DNA of 64,000 nt from Eledone cirrhosa (Eukaryota): the NCBI GenBank assembly GCA_964016885.1, contig OZ024754.1:45198001-45262000 (forward strand), written 5' to 3'. How positions within the stretch are numbered: position 1 is the first letter of the stretch; every line of letters begins with the position of its first letter. Both the position numbers and the translations under genes were made by a program. The notes beneath the pieces were generated by a model, which was not told the DNA's origin, did not search any database, and saw nothing but the letters and a program-made list of their open reading frames with translations. This document shows, piece by piece, positions 1 through 14,389 of the stretch.

Positions 1-1195
1 GAAACATTATAAAACGTGAATAGCCTGCATTTCCTTTCAGGTGTAAATTGTGCACAGGGAGGTAAATTTCTTATGACAGTAGAGTATTGGATTTGATAAA
101 ACATTGGTCCTCATTTCTAGCCTGCTATACACAAGTTTAACGGTACTCTCATTTGCTCATAGTAACTGTAATGCTACCACAACAGTAGCAGTTTAGATTT
201 AAGTTGCCGTGGTAACTATTGTTATATTTAGGAATTGTGGCATTTTTGTTACGGCTAAAGTTTCTGCCGTTGTTGTTGTTGTTATTGGAGGATTTAATTT
301 ACGTTTTTCAATCTATTGGTTATTGATGTGTTTGTAGATGTTGTAGTTAATATGTTGTTTGCTTTTCGCTTATTGCTGTTGAGTTTCATATTTTTCAGTT
401 ATTTTTTCTTCTTAAATTTGTTTATTCATAATGATATTTTTGCCGACGTCCTGTATGTTAAAGGTAACCGTAGTGGACAGAGTTGGGTTGTGATTAATGT
501 AAATTTTCTTTATGGTTAATATTGTTTTCTTTTTTCAATATGGTTCTTGTATTTACGGTTGTGGTTGATGCTATTGTCATATTGGTTGGATATGAGATAT
601 TGTTGTTGCTGTTGTTGTTTTCACAAACTTTAGAATTTTGATAAACTGTCAGCCAAAACGAGCAGCCATATAGTAATTTGATCGTTAAAAATGAAATTAC
701 TGAATGAAAGAAAATAACACAAATGAGATATACAAACAAATAAACATGAAAAATAAATCAAAACTAAAGGGAAAATAATAAAATTAAATAACAAGGAAAG
801 GAAATATCGTTATGCGTTTACAGAAAAAGCAAATTTATAGAGTTTATCGGTTATTTTTGTCTCATTTGTATTTATTGTTTTATAATTTCTTTTATTTTTA
901 AATATTTTAATTGAATATTTTATATAAATCATATTTCTTCTAAAACCAAAGTTATGATTTCTTGATAAAAATGTTGAGAATTTTCGTTTCGTGCTTGGCG
1001 AACATCAATCTATATATTTCACCTCCTCCTCCTCCTCCTCCAGTAAACCTGGCGACATGATATGCTAGATCGTGCGTAAAATAAATTTCCGGACGCCATT
1101 TTATTTCGTTCAGAATGTAATGTATTTTCTATACTTTTAAATGTTTTCATTTCATATTGTGCAATATTTATTGCCAAATCAACTGTGTTGTCAGT

Positions 1196-1196
<1 letters not shown>

Positions 1197-1262
<66 letters not shown>

Positions 1263-1300
1263 CGTGTATCCGTGTGTGTGTGTGCGTGTATCCGTGTGTG

Positions 1301-1332
<32 letters not shown>

Positions 1333-1560
1333 CGTGCGCGTGTATCCGTGTGTGTGTGCGTGCGCGTGTATCCGTGTACGTGTGTGTGTGTGTGCGCGCG
1401 TGTATACGTGTGTGTGTGCGCGTATATCCGTGTACGTGTGTGTGGGTGTGGGTGTGTGTGTGTGCGTTCGCGTGTGTTTCTGTGTATGTATGTATATATA
1501 TGTGTATATATACATATATATATATATATGTGTGTGTGTGTATGTATGTATATATATGTA
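1197..1560. repeat. Compound (TA)n/(TG)n/(TGCG) microsatellite
   Basis: Direct reading; explains ORFs 1157-1710. Confidence 0.95.
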
Positions 1561-2263
1561 TGGATATGCATAAATATGTGTGTCAGTATGTATGCATGTT
1601 TGTATACGTTTTATTTTATTTCTCTGAACATAAATATTTTATTTGTGTGTATATATATATATAAATGTTTAAATAATATTAATACTGCGTGTGTTTGTGT
1701 ATATGTTTAATATATATGTGTCTACATTCATTCTTTGATATGTGAAAATTGTTATTGATACTTTGGATTTTTGCTAGAAAGAATAAATGATAATTCTAAG
1801 AAAAATCCAATTTTCCACAAACATTGTAACTATCGATTTTTTCTATGCGAACATGGTATTAAGGTTTTCTGCTAGTGAAGAATAGATTAATTGAGATTCA
1901 TGCTGCTTCCAAGTTTAATAAGCAATTTCGAACTTGCTCCTACGTTTAGGTTTTTGTATTAGGCTTTATATGCCATGTTATAACGAAGCCCTCCCCAACC
2001 TTTAGTCTAGTCATTTAAACTCCAGCTGTACTCGTTCGTTTTTACTAGTCCCTGATATTGGGGCAGGTGTGGTCATCTGCAGGAATGCGGCTCCCGGGTT
2101 GACATGGCTATCGTTCTTTTACTCTTCTCACCCATGGGACCAAGTACCGGAATCAAGTTCGGGTTCTGCATGTTGGAAATAATTCAGCCATAGTGTACAG
2201 GATTATACCCGATGTGGCAGCGATGGCAGGAGTCTGTGTATCGATGAAAATGTATCTATATAT

Positions 2264-2335
2264 AACAAAGAGGGTGTGGTAAGATACCAGGTGGACCATA
2301 ACATAGCAGATTACTCGATACTTGGGGTAGTAGAC
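2264..2335 (-). mobile_element. Diverged 3' tail of the (TA)n-embedded PLE pseudo-LTR/hairpin family
   Basis: Reverse complement (TCTACTACCCCAAGTATCGAGTAATCTGCTATGTTATGGTCCACCTGGTATCTTACCACA) aligns by eye to 21731-21790; flanked by TA/CA repeats. Confidence 0.65.
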
Positions 2336-2350
2336 ACACGCGCACGCACG

Positions 2351-2389
<39 letters not shown>

Positions 2390-5300
2390 ACATACACGCA
2401 CACATATATATATATATATATACATACATACACGCACACATATATATATATATATATACATACATACACGCACACATATATATATATATATACATACATA
2501 CACGCACATATATATATATATATATATACATACATACACGCACACACATATATATATATATATATACATACACGCACGCATATATATATATATATATATA
2601 TATACATACACGCACACATGTTTGTGTGTGACTATGAATATATATAAGATTCAACTTAATGTTTGAAATTTTGTTGTAGACTGCGAGAAAGTTTTCGTAT
2701 TGGCATATTGTACATACACAGACATACACTGCGCACAGTAATGAAAATGCGTATTAATTCTTTCATAAAGAATAAACGGAACAATAGAATTGAGGGTGAT
2801 GAGATGAACAAGATTAGACAAATGAATGTTATAAACGTTGTACATAATTGCTCAGAAATGATACTGTATTACCAGCAGATTCAAATAAATACTGACTGAA
2901 TGGTGTACTTGAATGGGGCAGAATTTTTGTAACAGGAATGCATAAGTATTGTTATGTTGTTTTTAAAAATTAGGAATTTGGAATGTTGTCAATACGTCTG
3001 CTTGATAAGGTGTAAACAAGAAGTTAAGACCACCTACCTTTAATATCGTCAGGTTAAATTATATTTGGATTCTTTTCCAGTTGCTAGAAATGACGGATAT
3101 TATTCAGCTTAGAAAAGCAGACCTTATTTCAGTGCAGCCTCTGGTATATAAAGATCTACGAGGCTCATGGCTAGAATTCTCTTTATCAAATGTTTGCTCG
3201 GTCAATATTCGTATGTGAGTTAACCACAAAAACAAGAGTAGCAACAAGGAAACAATATGAATTGATATGTAACTGCTGTTCCAACGGATCAAATATATTA
3301 GTATCATGTGTATAAAAGAAAGAATATTTTGCATATAAATTTGTTTAAAAGTTTACAATACCGAACTGTTCATCTCAACTTAAAGAAATATAAATATAAT
3401 AAACTACATCATCCATACGAAATTCAAATCTAATATTCTTGGTACAGAATCTGCCAAAATAAGCTTAAATCTATTCAGTGTAATAATGTAATATTTGTTT
3501 CAAGGAAATATCTTAAACGAATTTAAACTATCACAGATTAAATAACATTAGGACAAATAAATAAACCCAATATTTCTTTCTACATATGAAATCTAAGTAG
3601 AAATCGGGTCCAGAATAAAATAGGGGTCAGAATCCCTGAAATATTTGAAAATTCATAATTATAAGGAATTAGATATAAATAGATTGAAAGTAGTTCAGAA
3701 TTAAAATAGCCTTATTTTTGCTGCACGTGTATAATATCAATTATTTATAATCAAATCCTAACTTTCTGAATATAATTATAAATATTATATTACATTCAAT
3801 TGAAATTACGATATTTTTATGTTTGTTACTTTATTCTGTTTATTACCAATACAATTTAGTTTCACTTATTTATATTTTAGATAGGCAATTAATACTGTGA
3901 TTTATTCCTATTATATTCTGACGAGAAACAAAACAATATTTAAAAAAAAATCTGGAGAAATATGTATAATAACAGAGAGTGAAAATATATTTAAATTGAA
4001 CAAGTAAATATTTAATTCCTAAATATTTCATGAACTAAAACATCGATAAGAAAAACAAAGTTAATGAAAAACTATACATACACAGACGCTGTTACACTCT
4101 CAAACAGACAAGATACATAAGTTCGCACACACACACACGCAAAAAAATATATATATATATACACATATTAATATTTGTATATATATATATATATATATAT
4201 ACATATATATACATATATATATATGTGTGTGTGTGTGTGGAGAAGAAACTATTTAAAACCATCTAGAACGCCACAATCATAGCAGTGCAGTGCGGTGAGG
4301 TTGCGTGGCTGGTTGAGATGATTAAAGAAAATTGTGTCTGATACAAGGATATTTTAGAATAAATTATGAAATACTGAGGTGTGTAAGACCTAATGGGAGA
4401 GAGAGAGAGGAGGAAAAAGAGATTCGGCTTTCTATGGACAAAGAAATATATCTATAACATCTTCGTAGAAACTGAAATAATATCAAAGTGGTGTTTTAAT
4501 GGGACATTTCCATTCAAATTGAGATGAGCCTAATGTTGTATTCGTTAATAATCATAAGCCCCTTTACCGGCGCACCCTAGGCCCAGAGCCGAATCATTCT
4601 CGCCTCCCCATCAGCATTCTTATGTGACACTAGGGTCCTTGCCATTCCCTCCCGTTTCCGGATTTCATTTTCTTTTCTCTCGATATTTTCCTATTTTACA
4701 TTCCATTCATTTCAATATAATTTTTCTATTTTTTTTCTATTAAACTGTATTTTACATGAAAAAAATATATAAAGAAGTTTGTCTGTTAATTGACATAATG
4801 TGTAATTGTATAACAAAGACATGAACAATGGAAAAAGAAAGAAGAAAACATAATATTGACATTAGCTATGAAATTCCTAGATGCTGTAAGAAGGAATTGG
4901 CGAGAGTCATATCAATATGGCGCTGAGAACTGTGACGTGAATTTGAGTGTGAGCCAGCGAATGGGGTTGAATGCAGGGCAGATACCTTGTTTAAGTGAAT
5001 CAGCTACAATAATCTGGAAAATCCTCGTTATAAAGTAGGGACAGATATGTACAGCATTGATGAAACAAATTACAAGGGGTAAAAACCATTCTTATCATTG
5101 AGCACAATTTGACCCCCATAGGAGGCGTACTTGGCCAGAAATATTCAGACATTCAAAGAGAAATATGAAAAGGAATTCCTTTTCTTCATATTCTATGTGT
5201 TTTTGCTTTGATCTCCCATAAAAGAAGTGAAACCGAGGAAAGGTGTTGCCAATATTAATGAAGAATCTTTGCAGCTGGTATTGATGGATCATCTCAAAAT

Positions 5301-6218
5301 GCAGTTTACAATTAAGATAATGCTAAATTCATTGCCTCTTGTAATATCTTGACGAAATCTGTTGAACTGGCAGATAGAATTAACAAGCTGGACATGTTTA
5401 TATATAATACACATATGAAGTGCGAACAATATTCTAGTCATTATGGTAATTAGTTCAATGAATAATGATAATACAGTTATATATTGATAGAGAATTAAAT
5501 GAAACAAATTAAAATTTATGATGAACGCTACCATAGAAGATTACACGAGAGCTTGAACTTTCTATAAAACAAACCACCTGTAAAATCAGACGCTAAATGA
5601 TTGATGGGAATATAAACAGAATGGTTAGTCTGGAATACGGACTCAAATTATTACTTAAATTAACTATACCTCAAAGGTATCACTGGAATTGATTACTGGC
5701 AGAACCAGTAGAATGTAGAAACTACCTAGATAATAGACAAGACAACACCAGCTATGACCAAAATAGAAAAAGAAATTCCTTTTGCAATATAACAGATTAA
5801 AGAGCATAGAGCATAAATCAAAGAGCATAGATCACAGATCAAAGTTTAGAGACCAGAGATCATAAACCATATATCATAGAATTTTTCTTTAAATCGTATA
5901 TTATATATTTTTCTCTCGCATATGAAGACATAGATGTGAGCTAAAATAACAGAAAATGCTGAAAACTATATAATCTTCATCTGAGAACTGAGAACGGTCT
6001 TTCGTTATGGGTGTGAATCTTGGCTTTTTAAAAACAACTCAACCAATAAAGCTGTTTAAAAATGGAAGAGACATCAAACAGGATGTGCAAGAGCGTTGAT
6101 GAAATGCTATCGTCATCATACACAATGATATTTCAGCAATATTGAAATAGTTTTTAGATATATTATATATATATATATATTATATATATATTATATATAT
6201 ATATATTATATATATAAC

Positions 6219-6250
<32 letters not shown>

Positions 6251-6332
6251 ATATATATTATATATATATTATATATATAACATATATATATATATATTAT
6301 ATATATATATATATATATATTATATCTAATAT

Positions 6333-6442
6333 AATCCCGCCGAGGTTAACTTTGCCTTTCATCCTTACGGGGTCGATAAAATAAAGTACCAGTAATGTAC
6401 TGGAATAATTGCTGGCCTTGTGCCAAAAGTAGAAATAATTAT
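6333..6442 (+). mobile_element. tRNA-derived SINE, 5'-truncated copy within (TA)n
   Basis: AATCCCGCCGAGGTTAACTTTGCCTTTCATCCTTACGGGGTCGATAAAATAAAGTACCAG...GTAGAAATAATT is nearly identical to the other copies. Confidence 0.9.
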
Positions 6443-6601
6443 ATATATATTATATATATATATTATATATATATATATTACATATATATATTATATATAT
6501 ATATAATATATATATATAATATATATATATTATATATATATATTATATATATATATTATATATATTATATATACATATATATATGTGTGTGTATGTATAT
6601 A

Positions 6602-6666
<65 letters not shown>

Positions 6667-8724
6667 ATAGATATATATATTACTTTATGAAAGCTTACAT
6701 GTGAGTTCTGTAGAGTAAAATGTTTTAAATGATCAATAGAATGAAGATTAAAGAGAATAGTTCCGATAGAGTATTACAGTTTTGTTATCTTTAATTGTTA
6801 GTAAACTAAATGCAAATATTGAACGCTGAATCTTTTTCCAACGGGGGAATCAGTATGATGTTTTTTTATTTGCTGAAATATATAACCGTTTGTCAAGATT
6901 TTAGAAAATCATTTTTTGTACTGTTCTACTGCTTATTAATGTAAATTATTAAATGTCGAAGGTTAAAATTTGCCTCCCATCATCCACAGGCATTTAATAA
7001 ATATGTACTACCAACCAATGCAACGTTTCCCCGTCTTACTCATGGATTCGACCCCTCTTTCTCTGCATCACCCACTCTTTCCTTCATTATCTTCTTGTTT
7101 CTTCCTCCTACATCTCTAAAATAAAATAAAATATATAATATTTATTTATACAAAGTATATATTATATTATTTATTATATAGAAATTCAAGATTTTATTTA
7201 TTATATATTTTATTACAATTTTCTTTAAGGAAGGTCTCTCTGGAAATAGGGTTGGGGGCGCTGAGCATATTACGTGGCCGTGAGATGGGCGATGGCCCCA
7301 ATAGTTTGAGAATCTATGTGTTGTACAGTTGTAATATTAAGCTAGAGAGAGGAATATTCTGTGAATGGTCAATAATTTCCAAGTCAATATATTTTGTAAA
7401 AATGTTAGGAGGAGGAATTCTTATTATCTGGATGTTTATGTGAAATATATAGGCGTTGAAATTGTGTGTTCTATTTGCCACAGATAACTACTAATCCTCT
7501 ATAACATATTCACATCTAAACTGTCCTATTCTTAATAGTTTGAGATAGAATTTTATATTCTTCCTCGTGGTTATTTCATTAGTTATGTAGGTGTTTTATA
7601 TACAATATTTCTCTGTAAAAACATTTTCTGGATCTTTGTTTAAGGCAGATTTCAATTTGATGAATTTATTCTTCAAATGCCTCTACGGTTCTCGAAATAT
7701 TTCCATTCATTTCAAATTTTCATTCTTTTTTTTCTAAAGTTATATGGCTTTCATCCATTGAAATAAAGTTTCTGTGGTTTTATTCAGCCTTGATTCACTA
7801 TAACTTTGCGTGACATACAAACATGTTTGTGCTTTTCGTTTGGAATACACAATATTTCCCTATCTGTTTACTTGTATCTAGACTGACTCCAATTTTGTGT
7901 TTTCTTGTTTTTTTAGGTACATTTTACTAATTCTTGTAAACATTCCAGTACAGTAAATTGTTTTAGTTGTTTCTTTAGTTGTTGCTTTAGTGAGTTGCGA
8001 TGTCACTGGGGGGAGCTGAATCGGGCCTTGCCTATCCAATGAACAACATCACTGGTGTGAAGAGGGGAAACTGTTATCATGGGCGACTGGTGGTCTTTCA
8101 CCAAAGCTGTGCCCTGACTTGTGCCCCGGAAAGGATCTTTGTAGTCATATTAACATTATTATCACTACCTTTCCTGCGCATTATGTTACTTTAACCGACA
8201 TCGCTCATTTTCCTTCCTTCCGCGCGTTCCCCTGTTTCACCTGTTTCACCTTCTTTCCTTCTGTTTCATTCACTCTCCTCTGTTTGTCACCGTTGATTGG
8301 CTTCTTTCCGTATCATTTCCATCTTTCTACTTCTTTACTCATCCTTTCCGCTCTTTATATTACATTACACAACTTGATTCCCCTTTTTTCTCGTTCTACC
8401 CTACTTCTTCTTTCCTCCACTTTCAACTCCGTTCCTGTACTATCAACGTATTTTCACCGTACCTCGGCACCGTTCGGGCAATCTTGCTCTCTTTATATCT
8501 ATACAACACACTCTCCTACAATATTAACAGGAAGGTGAACAATAATATGTAAACAAGAAGAAAGCTACAAGAAGATTAGTTGTAAATTAATTATAGATCA
8601 CCAGAATTGGTTTAGAGGGATGATACAAAACAAATATTTCACAAGATTATCTATCAAGTTTAAATTACGAATTTTCTGTTGCCAAGATCTAAATATTTGA
8701 TACAGAAAAGTACTTGGTTTCAGG

Positions 8725-8773
<49 letters not shown>

Positions 8774-8989
8774 TGTATATATGTATACACACACACGCAT
8801 ACACACACACACGTACACACACATATATATATATATACACACATAGAGAGAGAGTGTGTGTATGTGTGATAAATTATACGCAATGTATTTCTTAACCTAT
8901 ATGTGGTTATCTATATTGGCCTATGTCGCATACAATTAGGCCGAAAGAAAGCTACACATGAAAGGTTGTCTCGAGAGGTCCAAAGCCTA

Positions 8990-9380
8990 CATGACACCAT
9001 TAATAAATTACCACCTGGCCGTTAAGCCTTACGCATGTTTGTATCAGATGAGGGGATTTGAATGCTATGACTGATGTGCTTTCATGAGCTAAAGCTGCAA
9101 AACGTGCAGAGATCGTCTAGGCTTCAAGCAGTCAGTCCCTGTCACCGTTCGTCAGTTGTGTAGTCCATGGCTCGTCCCTTGGATATTGTCGCTCTGAGGG
9201 GTAAATCATGGTACAGTATTTTATGGCCCACCTCTGGATTATTGTCAGGAGCCGACACATATCCAACAGTTAAGCAATGCAGTATATAAAACCTACACTT
9301 TAGCAGCCTGTAGATCGGTAATTCTCCTTGCTGTTTCGACAGATATGTTCAGGCACGACAGCGCCGTGATCCTGGTGGGA
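8990..9380 (+). mobile_element. Possible RTE/BovB-type 5'-UTR-derived relic
   Basis: GC-richer island with GAGGGG...GAGCTAAAGCTGC and TATAAAACCTACAC motifs reminiscent of RTE 5' UTRs, ending at (TAG)n; similarity is weak. Confidence 0.25.
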
Positions 9381-9381
9381 T

Positions 9382-9412
<31 letters not shown>

Positions 9413-10185
9413 CAGCAGCAGGTCATATTAACCTGCACTATATCTATGTTTCCTGTATCCTTAAAGATAATTACCAACATATTTTCTGTTGTAAACCCAC
9501 AACAAAAGTTTTGGAAAGGTCAAAGCATCTAATAAACATATTAATGATAAAATATGTATTTATTGTACACCGATATCAGCCGTTTGTTTACGGTCATTAT
9601 ATTTATTTGACCGATTTCTTTTGTTAGCCGTTAGTATAGCACGAACTTAGATAGCCGATATAGCAACATAAAAATAGAGAAGACAAATTATATAAACAAA
9701 AGAATAATACGTTATATGTTCTTTCATTTTCTAGCATATCCCCCCCCCCCCCAAGGAAAAATATGCCATGATAATTTCTCAATTTTTTCAGCTGAACACG
9801 TATGAATTTTATAATTCACCAGGACATGTAGCATCAATCATATATGTATAGCGTTTGGAAGCAATATTCTTAAATTAAATCTGCGCATTTGACAGCAGTT
9901 GTTTGCGTGTATATTTCAAAATCTCAACATGTTCTTCAGGATTATGTTGACTTGGAAGAAGTGGTTGAATATAGTGGAGAAATTAGTGTTATTATGGGTT
10001 GTTTTGCTACTACGATGTAAAAACATTTGTTTTTGTCTTATTAAAATGCTTGCTGATATAATTGACTGTCAATTAGGATTAGGGATCCAACAATATCATG
10101 AAGCCGGTATCATAATATGCAATACATCGATCAATATATATATATATATATATATATATGTATACACACACATACACACACACAA

Positions 10186-10271
<86 letters not shown>

Positions 10272-11888
10272 ATGAATTATTTTACGTTTATGTGTATATG
10301 TATGTATAGCGTTTGCTTATTGGAATCGTGGATAACTCTCTCAACCGGCTCCCGGGAGAAGTGAGCGTCGATTCCTGACAAACAAATCTGCCCTCTTCTT
10401 TCATCTTCAGGGGCTATTTACACGATGTTTATTATGATCTAGTGGGTTGTATCGAACGCATCCTACTTAACCCCCCCCCCACACACACACAAACACCAAT
10501 GCCTTTTAAACCAGCCGCTTATCTTATACATACAAATATGTGAAATACGTACATCTAATAATATACGGTATGTTTAATAAATAACATTTGAAAAACCTAG
10601 CAATGAATATTGTAAGTCTGATGGCTAGCGCCCGCTATCGGGTTCTAGCAGAAGCAGCGTAGGACAACTGTCAATGCACATATGAGGAGCATGAGAAACA
10701 CTGTCCCGATGATGGCCAAAGCCTGAAATGTACATTGAGAGAAACTGGTTAATTGAATTACTAATTTTATATTACAATCTTGCTCGAATTTCAACATACT
10801 TCCGTCTAATGGAGGATTGTCATGTGGCATAATTTATTGTTAAATGTTAAAATATTATGTTTGTAATATATTTGAACGTACACCTGCATGATCAAGTGTG
10901 GCTGTCCCACACATATAATCATGGCGTTGGTAGAAATATACAGTGAACACTGGAATATTAAATGCAACATTGCAGAGACCTTACAATATATCATCGTTTA
11001 TTTCGATTCATTTTATAATCGCATATTAGATTGTTTTATGCTAAATCTAGAAATTATGGCCTTCTTAAATGCACCTAAGCAAACGACCTACTAACTGCGT
11101 GACCGTCGATGACATGCAGCTTAAAACCCCTAAAAAAATCAACTACAACCTAAACACCAAGACAGGAACAACAACATCAACATAACATTCACATTGAATG
11201 TATTTTAAGATTTTCCACTTCTGGCTTCTTTGTGTTCTACTTTGAAATATATCTTCGATCTCATTTATTTTAGAACAAAAAAGAAAAGTATTTGATATAG
11301 AACTTAGTAGTGGTTAGAAAGCAAAAATGAAATAGACGAAAAGTTAAGTAGAACTAAATGAATGTTCTAGAACCATGTTCTCGTTAAATGTGAGTTAGTT
11401 GATTAAAGGTAGAAAAATTTTACTTCATTTTATTCAAGACTTCTTTTAACTAAAGATTTCTTAATCGAATCTAATGAGCTAAGAAATACCAAATTTAATT
11501 AAGACGACTGAATATTTGAAAATAAAAATAAATAAATTAGAAACAATGAAAATAAATAAAAGGCAAAAATATATATAATAAATATTTAGTTAAATTAAAA
11601 CAAAAACAGAAAGAATTGCTGTACTAAATACGTTAAGACAAAGAAGTCAACAATATCATCACAATACTGAAATAACAACAACAGCAATAATAATAGCATT
11701 GATGGCAGTAAAAAAGAACAATGACAACAAAACAATAACAATAAAAATATTATTATTATTATTATTATTATTACTATTATTATTATCAACATTTTAATCA
11801 TCATTATCAGCATTGTCATCAATATTGTATAATGTTAGAAAAATATATTTTACTCAATGACTGAAAAGAACATTTAATGAAAACCATT

Positions 11889-12077
11889 GGTGGATTGGCA
11901 GTATCGGTAGAGAGTCGGACACCATGCTTTGTAGCATAGAGTTACGGTCCTTTATGGTATGAGTTCAAATCCCGCCGAGGTTAACTTTGCCTTTTATCCT
12001 TACGGGGTCGATAAAATAAAGTACCAGTAATGCACTGACTAATTTCTGGGTTTGTGCCAAAAGTAGAAACAATTATT
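11889..12077 (+). mobile_element. tRNA-derived SINE, full length
   Basis: A box TGGCAGTATCGG, B box GAGTTCAAATCC, central CTTTGCCTTT(C/T)ATCC...GGTCGATAAAATAAAGTACCAG domain (resembles the Meta-type SINE core, from recollection), (ATT)n tail. Confidence 0.92.
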
Positions 12078-12487
12078 ATAACGATGAAATGAAAAAAAGG
12101 CAAATTATTTTTGTTCTTACCAAACGGAGGAAAGCACCTGAAGAACAGAGAAGACTGAAGTAACAGACTTGAAATAATTAAGTAAAACAAGCACATTCAC
12201 CGCCACCATCACCGCCACCACCACAATCACCACTACCAGCACCACCATCACCGCCATCACCACCATCACCACTATCATCACCACCATCACCACCATAAAT
12301 AATCATTATACTTGCCACCATAATCATCAACATCATCATCAATATTATCATCACCAACAATACTATAATCATCATCATCGTCTCTGTACATAGTTTCATT
12401 AAATCATTAAATGTTCGAAATGAGGCACGTTTGAAAACATAGCGAAATTATCTTTCATTTTCATCACACAGGTAATTATGGTGTACC

Positions 12488-12563
<76 letters not shown>

Positions 12564-12843
12564 TTAAACACGAACTACTGACCAAATAATATTTGGTATC
12601 AATGGGTAAAGACATCTGTCTAATCAATTAGTGGTGGAGGTGGTGTATATAGTAACTGACATGAAAAAATAAATATATAGGAATAAGGTGGGCTCAAATC
12701 ATAGTAGATTCAAATATCACAGAGAGAGAGGATGGAGAGAAATGAGGTGCAACAGAAATGAAACATGGATTACAGGTTAAAATATAGTCTAGATAGACGA
12801 GAAACAAAACGAGGATGTAGTTTATGGAACACCCACATGATTT

Positions 12844-13494
12844 AGAAGTCGACCTTAAGTAGGAGCAATAACATTAAGAAAGACATGAACGACACCGCAA
12901 TAATTTGTTTCGAAAATTTTGAAAGTAGGTTTTTAAGTATGAATTTTCATAAGACTTTCGTCTCTGTGGGCTAGCGGGAGGTACTAGAGACGGTGGAGAT
13001 TCTGACCTTGAGTTCAATCCTGGCCAAGAAGTACATGTAACCTTTTTCAGTTTTTATTTTACAACTGAAAAGGTTTACTGGGGATCCTACTCCCGTCTAG
13101 GATCGAACTTCAGACCCGAATTACCACCATCTATGATTCCTCCAGTTAGGCCACCGAGAAAGCTACAAAAGTATAATGAAAATTGATAATTATAAACCTA
13201 CTTTCAAAATGAAAGTTAAAAATATGTGGTGTCGTTCATGGCTTTCCTAGAGTTATTAGTAGTATTTAGGGTCGACTTCTGGTCATTATTGAAAGTCTCT
13301 GGATTTCGCAAAATTTATAATATTTTTTATTGGAGAAGATAAGATATTTCCCGCATAAATTTGATTGCACTCTTTTGTTTCCACTTTCGACAATGTTATT
13401 TATTCATTATAAAAATTCAATGATAGCTTTCTATATGTAGGTGGGCCCCCTTCATCTCCTGGCAACCAATATTTTTAGACCCAGTCCGCCACTT
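12844..13494 (-). mobile_element. Non-autonomous DNA element (hAT-like terminus) with internal fold-back and two tRNA-like units; copy 1
   Basis: About 630 bp reverse-complement match to 45769-46416; terminus CCAGTCCGCCACT at 13481-13493; internal inverted arms at 12844-12950 and 13176-13280. Confidence 0.8.
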
Positions 13495-13519
13495 GCCTCA
13501 ATGTATAATACTTGAATAA

Positions 13520-14220
13520 CAGGAGTCTATGTAAGTGTTTGTGATTATTGTTTATGTGTTATTCACAGTAGTTCTGAATATATTCGTTAGTATATATCAA
13601 CTGTGTTCCCATTTATCTATTTTCAAAGGTTCCCAGGTCTTTTGTCATGAGTGTGTGATTTTTCTCTAGCAAGGGATTATAGAATGTATACAGAACATAT
13701 TGATTATTTTGGGCAAATTGTTCTACAGTAGTTAACATTTTATTTCACGAGCTTTAGTTTAAGTAAACGAACGAAGGCATATTCATTCATATTCTGAGAA
13801 ACCCCTTCTGAAGCTTGTGATTCATGCGCTACACCCAAACCCGTTTAACAGCCATGTAACGGTATTCCTCGTAAACCCTAGCCTGGCCTATAATTTCTTT
13901 ATACTTGTTTGTATTTGTGGCAATGACTGTTGCGTTGTAAACCTCGAGGATAATTAAAGTATACAATCAATTTATTTTATGTATGTCTTCCCATCTCTTT
14001 CTGTGATCGGAAGGGTTGTTTTGTTTATTTTCAGCAATATATCTGAGCTTTATCAAGGCAATAAATGTGTATATCTATGAGCGGATCATACATGCATCAC
14101 TATTTACTTGGTTTGCTATGTTTGCAATTAAATTCAGGGATTTGTTCCCTTCCTTCCATATTATGTCACCATGTTATATATCTCGCTGTGTTTCTATTCT
14201 CGCTAATTCTCCACTGTGTA
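13520..14220 (-). mobile_element. Degraded R4/Dong-clade LINE, RT and post-RT region
   Basis: Minus-strand peptides 'ARIETQRDI*HGD' resemble RT 'IKRGIFQGD', and 'KIDC.L.YPR' resembles 'DVDRLYLPR'; many stops and frameshifts. Confidence 0.45.
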
Positions 14221-14389
14221 GTAATCAATAAAATAACATAAACCATCATCAATATTATTATTTCTGCCATATTGGCCAATAAAGAAAGCAATATTACTAA
14301 TTTTTTATTGCTTGTTGCTATTGCATTACCGATCACAGTTCTGTGTGTCATGGGTATGTGTATTGTTGTTGTTATTTCTATTGTATTAA

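Noticed and set aside
3910-3972. CTGACGA...GAAATATGTA as a hammerhead
   Set aside because: The intervening sequence cannot form helix II and helix I pairing is poor
7400-8150. LINE 5' region or HDV-like ribozyme
   Set aside because: Composition suggests a retroelement relic, but I could not assign protein motifs or a consistent fold
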